Shown piece by piece: positions 30,630 through 40,300 of a DNA stretch of 64,000 nucleotides. The notes beneath the pieces were generated by a model. The model ran no database searches. It worked only from the letters and a program-made list of their open reading frames with translations, and was not told the DNA's origin. How positions within the stretch are numbered: the stretch's first letter is position 1; each line of letters opens with the position of its first letter. Source of the DNA: an uncultured Planctomycetota bacterium (GTDB lineage: Bacteria > Planctomycetota > JAFGQW01); contig CAZAKZ010000010.1 of the NCBI GenBank assembly GCA_964485695.1, forward strand, positions 1,280 to 65,279, in the 5' to 3' direction. Both the position numbers and the translations under genes were made by a program.

Positions 30630-30660
30630 AGGGGCAGACACCTCGAGGGTGCCTGCCCCT
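30630..30660 (-). terminator. GC-rich hairpin downstream of the 30682-31602 gene (putative intrinsic terminator)
   Basis: AGGGGCAG (30630-30637) pairs with CTGCCCCT (30653-30660), and the loop contains CACC/GGTG pairing. It starts 22 nt after the stop codon. The flanks are T/A-rich on the plus strand and moderately T-rich on the minus strand. Confidence 0.4.
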
Positions 30661-30681
30661 TTATGATTTTATCCGCAGCCT

Positions 30682-31602
30682 CTACTGAATGGTGAAGAGG
30701 AACGTGTTGCTGATGCCGGATATTCCGGACGGCGCCGTGGCCTTCAGGGTGATGAACGCAGTGTAAATTTTAATGCCCTTCAGTACCGAACTGTTCGGGA
30801 TATGGAGCTTGGCCTTGGCCTGGCCACCGGCGTCCAGGATACCTGCGTATTTCTCAAAGATCGACGGCACCGTACCGCCCGTGCTCAGGACCAGGAGGTC
30901 GTCCGGCGAGAGCTCGAGCTTCCGGGTGTCGATGGGGATGGGGCCGTTACCGAAGGAGCTACCCATCTGGTAGGGAAGCCCGGCGTCGGCGGTGGACGCC
31001 AGCGCGAAGTCGATGGCTGTGCCCGGCGCACCAGAGCCCGTACCCGTGAGGTCGGTCGAGATGGCCGGCACATAATAGATGGTTCCGTTCCAGACCCGCG
31101 GGGAGAAGACCGTGCCGGTGAAGAATCCGGCGCGCACCAGCCCGAGCTGCAGGGCGATGTCGGCATTCGCGTACTTCTGGTTGCTCCCGGTGCCGTTGGT
31201 GTAGGCCATGCTGGCGCCGGTGTAGTGGATCCCGATGCCGTAGGATTTGTTCTTCAGGACGAAGTCGGTGACGTCCACCGGTGTGGGATTGTTTCGTCCC
31301 TGGCCCTTCCCACTGCCTGTGCTGACCTTCGTCCAGGCCGAGGGGGTACCGTCCTTGCCCACATAGGTGTTCGGCGTCGTGTAGACATCGATCGTGAAGG
31401 CTGTGTTCACGGCCGAGGAGATGTTCACGTCGAGGGACGTGATACGAATACCCGCCGGGAGGAGGATATTGGCGTCGTACATGTTCACCCAGTTCGTGGA
31501 GCCGCCGTTGTTCGAGGCGAACGTGGTGGTAATGGAGCGGGTCTGGGCGGTGACCAGACCGGCCAGAACGAGAAACGAAATCGCGAATACTGCCTTACGC
31601 AT
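30682..31602 (-). CDS. Secreted protein of unknown function (beta-rich; C-terminal module shared with the adjacent protease)
   Basis: The ATG at 31602 is preceded by an AAGGAG RBS and gives the signal peptide MRKAVFAISFLVLAGLVTAQ. The track ORF extension to 31713 lacks an RBS and a signal peptide. TFASNNGGSTNWVNMYD...RVWNGTIYY beta-sandwich-like domain. The C-terminal DTRKLELSPDDLLVLS...YAGILDAGGQAKAKLHIPNSSVLKGIKIYTAFI aligns with the protease C-terminus. Confidence 0.6.
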   Translation of the reverse strand: MRKAVFAISFLVLAGLVTAQTRSITTTFASNNGGSTNWVNMYDANILLPAGIRITSLDVNISSAVNTAFTIDVYTTPNTYVGKDGTPSAWTKVSTGSGKGQGRNNPTPVDVTDFVLKNKSYGIGIHYTGASMAYTNGTGSNQKYANADIALQLGLVRAGFFTGTVFSPRVWNGTIYYVPAISTDLTGTGSGAPGTAIDFALASTADAGLPYQMGSSFGNGPIPIDTRKLELSPDDLLVLSTGGTVPSIFEKYAGILDAGGQAKAKLHIPNSSVLKGIKIYTAFITLKATAPSGISGISNTFLFTIQ

Positions 31603-31845
31603 GGTACAACTCCTTGAATAGACCTCCACGTTTGGATGAGACAAGACCCGTGGTCTCGAATTGCGATGCAATGATCCCTGAACTCCCAGAAACCGATTCT
31701 GGACGTCCTTCATGTCCCACGATGTGCGGATTCATACTACAAACGTGATTTAATGCTACCATCGTAGCGCGAGGGCCAGCGTGGGTCAAGGAGTTCACCT
31801 ATGATCAGGGGAAAGAGCAACTTCCCCCTGTGGCTCTGATTGGCT

Positions 31846-32400
31846 TCAGAAGAGGCTCTGCTGGGAATACGCGGGTTTTGGTACCAGGTCGCCACCGCAC
31901 AGGCAGGTGTAGGTGCCTCGGCGGCGGACCTCGCGTCGGGTTTGCACCGGACCGAGGTCCACGATCTTGTTGCATCGGAGACAGACCCACCGGCTGCCGG
32001 GCCGGGGCTTCCTCTCGAGCCCCTCCACATCCATGTCGTGGCACCGCTCGGGAGCATGGCCCATTCGCCGCATGATCGATTTCCACTGCTCGCCGTGATC
32101 GCACACCCGGCCACCGTACCGGGCCCGTACCACCGCGTGGGAAAGTTCATGCGCCAGGGTGGGGATCAAGGCCTCCGGCTGGCGTTTCAGGAGAAGGTTC
32201 GGATTGAGTTCGATGAAAAACCGGGCGGGAACATGGTCGCGGCGGATGCGCCGGTAGGAACAGGCGCCGGCCCGGGTGCGCATGCGGGTGTTGAACCGGA
32301 TCTCGATGCGCTCCCGCAGGCCGTTCGCCTCGACCCGGGCGAGGAGCTCCCGGACTTTTTCTTTCAGGGTCTCCATGTCCCCGGGAATTGCGTCATCCAT
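31846..32400 (-). CDS. SprT-like zinc metalloprotease domain protein with C-terminal zinc ribbon
   Basis: HExxH motif (LAHELSHAVV) followed by CLRCNKIV...YTCLCGGDL (CxxC...CxC). The ATG at 32400 (MDDAIPGDMETLKEK) avoids the overlap with the thioesterase gene that the track start (32556) would create. Confidence 0.65.
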   Translation of the reverse strand: MDDAIPGDMETLKEKVRELLARVEANGLRERIEIRFNTRMRTRAGACSYRRIRRDHVPARFFIELNPNLLLKRQPEALIPTLAHELSHAVVRARYGGRVCDHGEQWKSIMRRMGHAPERCHDMDVEGLERKPRPGSRWVCLRCNKIVDLGPVQTRREVRRRGTYTCLCGGDLVPKPAYSQQSLF

Positions 32401-32414
32401 CGTCGCACCATTCC

Positions 32415-32816
32415 TCAGGTCACGGCCTCGAAGGCTTTCCGGAACACCTCGGCCAGGGGCACGGGCTTCTTGTCTTCTCCCACGGTCACCATGGAGGTGT
32501 AACCTTCGGCCAGCAGAACAGGCTCTTCCCCCTTTCGGGTACGGTATACACGACATCCGATCCTGAATCCCGCCTTGCGCACCTCGGCCACGAAGGAGTG
32601 TATCTCCAGCGGATCGTCGAACTCGGCGGAGGCATGAAACTCCGCGTGGGTCTCGGCGATGGGCAGGCGCCAGTCATACGGGAGCCCCAGCTCCCGGAAC
32701 AGCTCGATCCGGCCCACCTCGAAATAGACGAAGAAGTTGTTGTAGTAGACGATACCGGCGGCGTCGGTCTCGGCGTAGCGCACGCGGGTGCAGGTCTTGA
32801 AGATCTTCGTGGCCAT
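32415..32816 (-). CDS. Acyl-CoA thioesterase, hotdog fold (YbgC/4HBT family)
   Basis: VRYAETDAAGIVYYNNFFVYFEVGRIELFRELG, with the catalytic Asp context typical of YbgC-like thioesterases. Length is 133 aa. Confidence 0.75.
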   Translation of the reverse strand: MATKIFKTCTRVRYAETDAAGIVYYNNFFVYFEVGRIELFRELGLPYDWRLPIAETHAEFHASAEFDDPLEIHSFVAEVRKAGFRIGCRVYRTRKGEEPVLLAEGYTSMVTVGEDKKPVPLAEVFRKAFEAVT

Positions 32817-32959
32817 GGTCGTTTCTCCAGCGTCGCATGAACGTCAGCATTCTACAGATACAGCACCGGTGTGCACAGCACTATCGTGAAAGGAAGCTCC
32901 GTCTTGCATTCGGTTTTGCTAAACGTAGAGTAGTCACCATACCTCCTGAATGAAAAGGC

Positions 32960-35095
32960 GTGACGATGAACTCCAGGTCAGCTCTTCTTACCGTAGTGGT
33001 TCTGGTGATGATCTTGGCCCTGCCGGCCGAGGCACAGGTCGCAAGGTCCGGTTCTCCGGTCACCTTCGGCTCCCTTCTCGACGACATGACCGATCTGGCG
33101 AGGCTGGCGCGTCTGCCCGAGCCGGCGTACAAGACGGTCCAGTTCTCCAGTTATGACCGGCGTTCGATCTCCCCCGACGCTCCGGGGTGGTTCAATAACG
33201 CCGACGGTTTCGGCCGCGAGCCCGTGCCGGGCTTCCTCGAGGTTCTCGAGAAGCCCGAGAAGAAGGGCAATGGGCTCTACCTCCTGGCGGACGTGAAGGG
33301 TCCGGGCGCCGTCGTGCGCGGCTGGTCCGCCGGCATGGGGGGCACCCTGAAGGTCCATCTCGACGGCGCCGAGACGCCCGTATTCGAGGGCTCCGGCTAC
33401 GACTTCCTGGCCCGGAAGTCGAGGTATTTCCTGGCCCGGGCGGGGGTTGACCTCGGCTGCGGGGACGCGTTCTGCCAGCAGGATGCAGACTACATGCCCC
33501 TGCCGTTCGGGAAGTCGCTGCGTGTGACCTGGAATGGGCCCCTGAAGGCGCTTCACTTCTATCACCTGGAGGTGCGTCTCTACGGGAAAGAGATCGAGGT
33601 GAAGACCTTCGATCCCCGGAAGGACTTCGCCGCGTACGGGAAGAGCCTCCGCCGGGCCGTGCAGCGTCTCACGCAGCGCCTCTACCATCATCCGGGCACG
33701 GAGCATGAGAAGGAAGCAGACCTGGCTTCCGGGAGAGCCTGGAAGTGGGAGCTCGGTTCGATCCATGAAAGTGGGAACGCACTCACGGAGTTCAGGATTC
33801 GCCTCGAGGCCGTCGACCTCCGGAAGGCTTTGCGGGGCACGCTCCTCAGGATCGCCTTCGACGGCGCGAGCCGGGCCCAGGTGGATGCGCCGGTGGGGGA
33901 CTTCTTCGGATCCGGGCCCGGAGTGAATCCGATCTACAGCCTGCCCATGCGCGTGGGGCCCGCAGGCACCATGACCTGCTCCTTTGTCATGCCGTACCGC
34001 AAGGAGGCGGTGATCCGCCTCCTCAATTCCACGAAGCAACGCGTGAAGGTTCATGCGGCCGTGAAAATCGCTCCCTGGAACTGGGACGACCGATCCCTCT
34101 ACTTCCGGGCCCGGTGGCGCACCGACAACGACCTGGACCTCGAGTCCGGCACCCTGGACCTGCCCTTCCTGCTGGTGCGGGGCGCGGGGCGGCTGGTGGG
34201 TATCGCCGTCATGCTGGTGAATCCGTCGCCGTGCGCCACGCCGTACGGCAGCTGGTGGGGCGAGGGGGACGAGAAGGTCTTCGTGGACGGCGAGGCCGCG
34301 CCCTCCTTCTTCGGCACGGGATCCGAGGACTACTTCAACTACTCCTGGAGCCGCCCGGACCTCTTCGACCACCCCTACTGCGGCCAGCCTCTGGATTCCG
34401 GGCCGGGAAACCTGGGATACGTGTCCAACCACCGCTGGCACATCCTCGATGACATCCCCTTCCAGAACCATCTGGCGTTCTACATGGAGCTCAAGCCCCA
34501 CCGCCCCTTCCCCGGTCTGTGCTACAGCCGCATCGCTTACCATTACACCCGGCCCGGCGCCGTGGACGATCACCGGCGCGTCCAGATGTCCGAGCTCCGG
34601 GTGCCCGACCTGAGGTCCATGGAGCCCAGACCCATCATGGGTGTCTACAATGCCGTCTTCAACCACTTCGAGTCGCTGCCCGGACAGGCCACGCCGGCGA
34701 CGCCGGGCGTGGTGACCCTCGAGGACGTGCAGCCGGGCGCCTCCCGCGGCCGTCTGGTCACCTGGTCGGCGAAAAAGGGGGACTGCCTCGGGTATACCCT
34801 GTCCGTGAAGGAGGCGGGAAAGTACGCCTTCAATATCGTGGCGGCCCACTGGCCGGAGTCTCGCTCGCTCCGCATCCTCCTGAATGGCCGGCCCCTGGTG
34901 GTGGGGAGCCTGGGCGGCGCAATGGAGGGGAAACAGGGGGAGGAGATCCTGGTGCTGAGAAGTGCGCACGCCCGGAGGCTCCTCAGCACCGCCTTCAGGC
35001 CGGTGGACCTGAAGGCGGGCGACCACCACCTCGTGGTCGAGTGCGTGGAGTCGGGACGCTTCGGTTTCGACTACCTCTGGATCCGGAAACAGTAG
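32960..35095 (+). CDS. Secreted DUF2961 / GH172-family protein
   Basis: Signal peptide (MNSRSALLTVVVLVMILALPAEAQ; GTG 32960 or ATG 32966). Signature GSWWGEGDEKVFVDGEAAPSFFGTGSEDYFNYSW. There is an additional C-terminal beta domain. Confidence 0.75.
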   Translation: MTMNSRSALLTVVVLVMILALPAEAQVARSGSPVTFGSLLDDMTDLARLARLPEPAYKTVQFSSYDRRSISPDAPGWFNNADGFGREPVPGFLEVLEKPEKKGNGLYLLADVKGPGAVVRGWSAGMGGTLKVHLDGAETPVFEGSGYDFLARKSRYFLARAGVDLGCGDAFCQQDADYMPLPFGKSLRVTWNGPLKALHFYHLEVRLYGKEIEVKTFDPRKDFAAYGKSLRRAVQRLTQRLYHHPGTEHEKEADLASGRAWKWELGSIHESGNALTEFRIRLEAVDLRKALRGTLLRIAFDGASRAQVDAPVGDFFGSGPGVNPIYSLPMRVGPAGTMTCSFVMPYRKEAVIRLLNSTKQRVKVHAAVKIAPWNWDDRSLYFRARWRTDNDLDLESGTLDLPFLLVRGAGRLVGIAVMLVNPSPCATPYGSWWGEGDEKVFVDGEAAPSFFGTGSEDYFNYSWSRPDLFDHPYCGQPLDSGPGNLGYVSNHRWHILDDIPFQNHLAFYMELKPHRPFPGLCYSRIAYHYTRPGAVDDHRRVQMSELRVPDLRSMEPRPIMGVYNAVFNHFESLPGQATPATPGVVTLEDVQPGASRGRLVTWSAKKGDCLGYTLSVKEAGKYAFNIVAAHWPESRSLRILLNGRPLVVGSLGGAMEGKQGEEILVLRSAHARRLLSTAFRPVDLKAGDHHLVVECVESGRFGFDYLWIRKQ

Positions 35096-35108
35096 GGGGA
35101 AATCGGGT

Positions 35109-37229
35109 ATGCGCCCCATCGAGTGTTTTCTCGTCCTGGTCCTGGTGGCACTGGGATCTGCGGCTGTAGCGCAGAAGGAGATTTCCATCAACCGGGACAA
35201 CATCGTGATCAGGCAGTCGGTGCGCATCAAGCCGGGCCGGTATCGCGTCGCGGACCAGGACGAGAACGGGGTCCTGCGCATCAGGGCGGATGACGTGGTC
35301 GTCGACTTCCAGGGGGCCGAGCTGATCGCGATGAAACTCGATGGGGCCGCCCTCGACAAGGCCCTGGGCGTGGGCGTCTCCGTGGAGGGCGCGCGCAATG
35401 TGACCCTTTGCAATGCTCGCGTTCACGGCTATTTTATCAACATCCAGGCCAGGGGCGCTCACGGGCTCCGCCTCGAGAATTGCAGAGCGGACCTCAGCCG
35501 GGCCCACCGCATTGCCCGGGGCGGGCAACCCGTGAACACCTGGCTGCACCTGCGCTCGCTGGAGGCGTGGCGGAGCTACGGCGCCGGGTTCTGGATCGAG
35601 AGGTGCAACAACAGCGTCATCCGGGGCTGCCGGGCCTGCCGGGCCCAGAACGGCCTCCTGGTGGTCTACTCGTCTTCGTGCAGGGTGACGGGCTGTGACT
35701 TCTCGTTCAACTCCGGGTGGGGCCTCGGCCTGTGGGGCGCCAGCCGGAATGTGGTGGCGTGGAACCACATCGACTTCGTCAACCGCCCCTGGGGCGGCGG
35801 CTGGGGCGGGGACTCGGCGGGCCTGGTGGTGGTGAACGACTCCCACGAGAACTTCATCGTGGGCAACTCGCTGACCCACGGGGGCGACGGCTTCTTCCTC
35901 ACCGACCGCGTCAACGGCGGCATCAACGGCAAGGAGAAGACCACGAACATCCAGGGCAGCTGTGACCGCAACATCATCGCGCGAAACGACGGCTCCTGGT
36001 CGCCGTGCAATGCCTTCGAGGGCACTTTCTCCAGGGGGAACGTCTACTTCGAGAACATCGCCAGCGACTCGCGCTACGGATTCTGGCTCGGCTACTCCAA
36101 CGATTCACTGCTTCTCGGAAATGAAATCGTCGGAAACAAGGTCGACGGCATCGCCATCGAGCACGGATCGGGTACGCGCGTGGAGAGAAACACCTTCTGC
36201 GGCATGGGCCAGTCGGCCGTGGCGCTCTGGTCCAGCGACAACTGGCTGAACGACCTTCACCCCTCCCGGGACATTGAAATCCGCAACAACCGGATCACGG
36301 ACTGCCGGCGCGCCTTTCACCTGAAATTCTCAACGGAGGTTTCCGCCGGCAACAACGAGATCACCAACGCACCGGGCGCCGATTTCGATTTCGTCACTCG
36401 CCCGCCTGCAAGGGCGCTCGAGAAATTCAAGGCCTCCAAGGACCACGTGCGCCTCCAGGAGATCCTCGCCGCCCGTCCGAAGGACTTCACTTTTTTCCGC
36501 GATCAGAAGGGTCCCAGGGGCATCGACTGGATCCGGGTGAATGAATTCAGCCCGCGGGACTTCCGGGGAGGCGTCGTGGCCTGGCGAAAGAAGGATTCTT
36601 GCACCCTCGAGGTCTTCCCCATGGTGTCAGCCGACCTCGAGTTCAAGAAACCCGGATGGATCACCGTGGAGAAGGACGGCGGCGCCGGTACGTGGATCGT
36701 GACTGCGCAGCCCGCCAAGGGGCCCGGCGAGATCAGGGGCTATTCCATCGAGGTCCGTCAGGAAGGCGGGAGGAAGACCCAGGTGCTCACGGGTTCATTC
36801 AACACGGCGCAGTGGGACGTCCGCTGGTATCGCTGGGACCGGCCGAAGAAGCTGGCCTACGGGGACAGGGCCGCCTGGAAGCGGCTGTTCAGATCCAAAC
36901 CCATCCACACCCAGACCACCCGTGGGTTGAGCAAGGCGCTGTGGGCACGGGATTTTCCCGATGGCGTGCCGCGGGGCTACTTCGCCCTCGTCGCCCGGTC
37001 CCGGATCCGACTTCCCGGCGGTCGCTACCGCCTTTCCACGCTTTCGGACGACGGCATCCGGGTCTTCCTCAACGGCAAGGAGGTGATCTCGCGGTGGAAC
37101 CACCACGGCCCGACGCCGGATAGCACCGAGGTCAAAATCCGGCGCGGCGTGCATGAGTTCATCATCCACTACTGCCAGCAGACAGGCGCTTCGGCGCTGG
37201 AATTCGGGTGGACCCGAGTGGACCGATAG
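35109..37229 (+). CDS. Secreted right-handed parallel beta-helix protein with C-terminal PA14-like domain
   Basis: Signal peptide MRPIECFLVLVLVALGSAAVAQ. Beta-helix rungs are NVTLCNARVHG, LRLENCRADLS, SVIRGCRACRAQNGLLV, CRVTGCDFSFNSGWGLGLWG, NFIVGNSLTHGGDGFFL and LLLGNEIVGNKVDGIAIEHG. The C-terminal RLSTLSDDGIRVFLNGKEVISRW...HEFIIHYCQQTGASALEFGW is PA14/GLEYA-like. Confidence 0.7.
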   Translation: MRPIECFLVLVLVALGSAAVAQKEISINRDNIVIRQSVRIKPGRYRVADQDENGVLRIRADDVVVDFQGAELIAMKLDGAALDKALGVGVSVEGARNVTLCNARVHGYFINIQARGAHGLRLENCRADLSRAHRIARGGQPVNTWLHLRSLEAWRSYGAGFWIERCNNSVIRGCRACRAQNGLLVVYSSSCRVTGCDFSFNSGWGLGLWGASRNVVAWNHIDFVNRPWGGGWGGDSAGLVVVNDSHENFIVGNSLTHGGDGFFLTDRVNGGINGKEKTTNIQGSCDRNIIARNDGSWSPCNAFEGTFSRGNVYFENIASDSRYGFWLGYSNDSLLLGNEIVGNKVDGIAIEHGSGTRVERNTFCGMGQSAVALWSSDNWLNDLHPSRDIEIRNNRITDCRRAFHLKFSTEVSAGNNEITNAPGADFDFVTRPPARALEKFKASKDHVRLQEILAARPKDFTFFRDQKGPRGIDWIRVNEFSPRDFRGGVVAWRKKDSCTLEVFPMVSADLEFKKPGWITVEKDGGAGTWIVTAQPAKGPGEIRGYSIEVRQEGGRKTQVLTGSFNTAQWDVRWYRWDRPKKLAYGDRAAWKRLFRSKPIHTQTTRGLSKALWARDFPDGVPRGYFALVARSRIRLPGGRYRLSTLSDDGIRVFLNGKEVISRWNHHGPTPDSTEVKIRRGVHEFIIHYCQQTGASALEFGWTRVDR

Positions 37230-37336
37230 GACAGAAATAGCGATTTCCTGCCCGATCCCGTACAATCTGGAACTTTCCGGCCCGGCCAGCATCTTGTGGC
37301 GGCCGATTTCCAGAGGTTCCCGGATCGTTCCCTGCC

Positions 37337-40300
37337 ATGAACCATCGCCGGAGGCTTTTCATGCGTCTCAATATCATCCTGTCAATCCTGACCTGTCAGC
37401 TCCTCCCCCTCTGTCTCCTCGAGGCCCAGACCGGCCTCGCCGAGGACGCCCGCGTGGCCGTGGTCACCGACCGCCAGGGCACCGCCCTGGTCCGGCCCGT
37501 GGGCCGGGAGCGGTGGACGCCCGTGGGCCCGCGCACCGTGCTGTTGCCCGGGGACCAGGTGCGCACCCCGGTCCGGGGCGCCAACGCCGTGGAGATGCGG
37601 CTGAAGGGCGGCGGCGGCCTGGTCCTCGGCCCCGGCGGCCTCATCGAGGTCCCCTCGGTCGGCGCCGTGCGCCTCTACCGCGGAGACCTGGAGGTGAAGG
37701 GAAGCGGCAAGCGCAGTGTGGCCCTCACCGGGCCGGGCGATTTCCGCCGGGACGTGAAGGAGACCGTCGTCCTCAGGAGCCGGGGCCGCGCCACGGAGGT
37801 CCTGGCCGAACCGCCCCGGTGGCTGACGGGATATCGCGCCTCCACCACCGACGAGTGGATGGGGTCGCTCATCGCCAGCGTGGACGGCCGCGACGTGCCC
37901 CTCTCGGTCGGATACCACAAGGTAATAGCGGAGATCCGCGACCAGATCGCCCGCACCACCATCGAGCAGTCCTTCCGGAACGCCACCGACGCCACCTTGG
38001 AAGGCGTCTTTTACTTCCCGCTCCCGCCCGATGCCTCCATCAGCGGATTCGGCATGTGGATCGGCGGCGAACTGGTCGAGGCCGACATCGTTGAGAAGCA
38101 GAAGGCCCGGCGCATCTACGAGGACATCCTCCGCCGGAAGAAGGACCCGGGACTGCTGGAGTGGTCGGGTGGAAACCTGTTCAAGGCGCGGGTCTTTCCC
38201 ATCCTGCCCCATTCCGAGAAGCGCATCCGCATCCGCTACACCCAGGTGCTGCCGCTGGAGGGCTCCACGCTGCGCTACCGGTACGGCCTGCGGAGCGAGC
38301 TCCTCCGGACCCGGCCCTTGCGCGAGCTCGGCATCCACGTCATCGTGTCCTCTGCCATGCCCATCCGGTCCGTGACCTCGGCCACCCACGAGGTGCGCAT
38401 CCGGAAGACGGTGCACGCGGCCTCGGCCGAGTTCTCCGCCGAAGAATACTCACCCGACCGCGACTTCGAGCTGGCCGTGGAGCTGGACCGGAGCCAGCCC
38501 CTCACCGTGGTGCCCCATCGCCGGGCTGATGACGGCTACTTCATGCTGCTGCTGAATCCGCCCGGCGAGGGCGGCGGTGCCTGGCAGCGCGACCTTCTGC
38601 CCGAGGCGGGGGCTCTGGAAGTGCTCCTCATCGCCGACACCTCCGGGTCCATGGACCCGGCCGCCCGTGAGGCCCAGGCCGCCTTTGTCGGCGCCCTCCT
38701 GGCCCAGCTCGGCCCCGATGATCGCTTTCGGCTCATGACCGCCGACGTCGGCGTGAAGTGGTTCCGGGAAGAGGCCATGGCGGCCGGCGAGGAGACGGTC
38801 CGTGAGGCTCTCTCCTTTCTGGACGGGCGCAGGTCCCTCGGCTGGTCGGACCTGGATCAGGCGTTCAGGGAGGCCCTGAAGAAGGCCGGCCCTGGCACCC
38901 GGGTCGTCTACGTGGGCGACGGCATCGGCACCACCGGCGACGCCGACCCCGTGGCCCTGGCCACGAGACTGAAGAACCTGGCTCGTGATACTGAGGCGGT
39001 CTGCCATGCGGTGTCGGTGTCGTCCACCTTCGAGCGCGGCGTCCTCGAGGCCGTGGCCGCCATGGGCGGGGGGTCCGTGCGGTCGGCCGGCGAGGATCCG
39101 ACCGGAGCCGCGTTTCGCATCCTGAAGGAGGCGGCCACCCCCGCAATCCGCAACCTGAAGGTCTCCTTCGAGGACATCCGTACGGCCCGGGCCTACCCGG
39201 AGGTGCTGCCCAACCTGGCGGCCGGCACCCAGCAGGTGGTGCTTGGACGGTTCCTCCCCACGGGCGGCCGGCAGGCGGGGAAGGTGGTGGTCACCGGCAC
39301 CCGGGACGGCAAGGCCGTGAAGTTCTCCGCCGACCTCGTCCTCGAGGAAGGCGAGGCCGGCAACAGCTTCCTCCCGCGGCTCTGGGCCCGCCGCCACATC
39401 GACGCCCTCCTGCAGGAGGGCCGGAGCAAGGCGGTCCAGGAAGAGATCGTCCGTTTCAGCGAGGCCTTCGGCATCATGACCCCCTTCACCTCGTTTCTGG
39501 TGCTGGAGAACGACGCCGACCGGGAGCGCTACGGCGTGGAGCGCCGGGTCAAGATGCGGGACGGCGAGCGCTTCTTCGCCGAGGGCCGGGACGCGGCGTC
39601 CACCGCCCTGCTCCGCGAGCAGATGAAGGTGGCGCGCACCTGGCGGCTGAACCTGAGAAAGCGCATGCTGCGCGAGATCGCCACCCTGGGCACGCATCTG
39701 GTCCCGGCCGCCGTGGGCTGGGGCGAGTTGCGGGACTATGACGTCGAGATCGCCCAGGGCGCCTACCTTTTCGGTGGCCTGGCGAAGTCTGATTCCAGCG
39801 AGTTCTTTCTGGGGGCCGATCGGGCCGCGAATCGCCGGGCCGGATACGAATCCGACAAGGGGAAGAAGGCCGGGGATTGGTCCGTCGATTCCCTGAGAGC
39901 GCCGGAAGAAGCGGGGGACGAGCTGCTGGACGACGGCGAGGAGGTCCTGGAGGAGGAGCTCGAGGTCGAGAGGAAATCCCTGAAGCGGGAGGACCGATTC
40001 GATCCCGCCGCACCCGAGCCGGAAGCCTCCCTGGAAGAGCCGCTGGCACGGCGCAGCCTGTCGCGAAAGGCCTTACACGAGACGCGTGGCGGGGTCAGGT
40101 ACAACGAGGCTCTCGGCCTCGGCGGCGGCGCAGGAGGCTACTTCAGGGGGAGGCCCAGAGGGGGCCCGAGGCGTCGCCCGGCCCCCCCGTCTTTCAATGA
40201 ATGGCGGTTCCCCGGTTTGCCCCCGGCACCGAAACCCGCACCGGACCTCACGGATCCACCGAAATGGCCCGCAACGGTGCTGGCACTCCTGAAGAGCCTG

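Noticed and set aside
32978-35413. 811-aa ORF on the minus strand opposite the DUF2961/GH172 gene
   Set aside because: It is a shadow ORF with R/G/P/H/V-rich low-information sequence. It spans two plus-strand genes that have clear signal peptides and family signatures.
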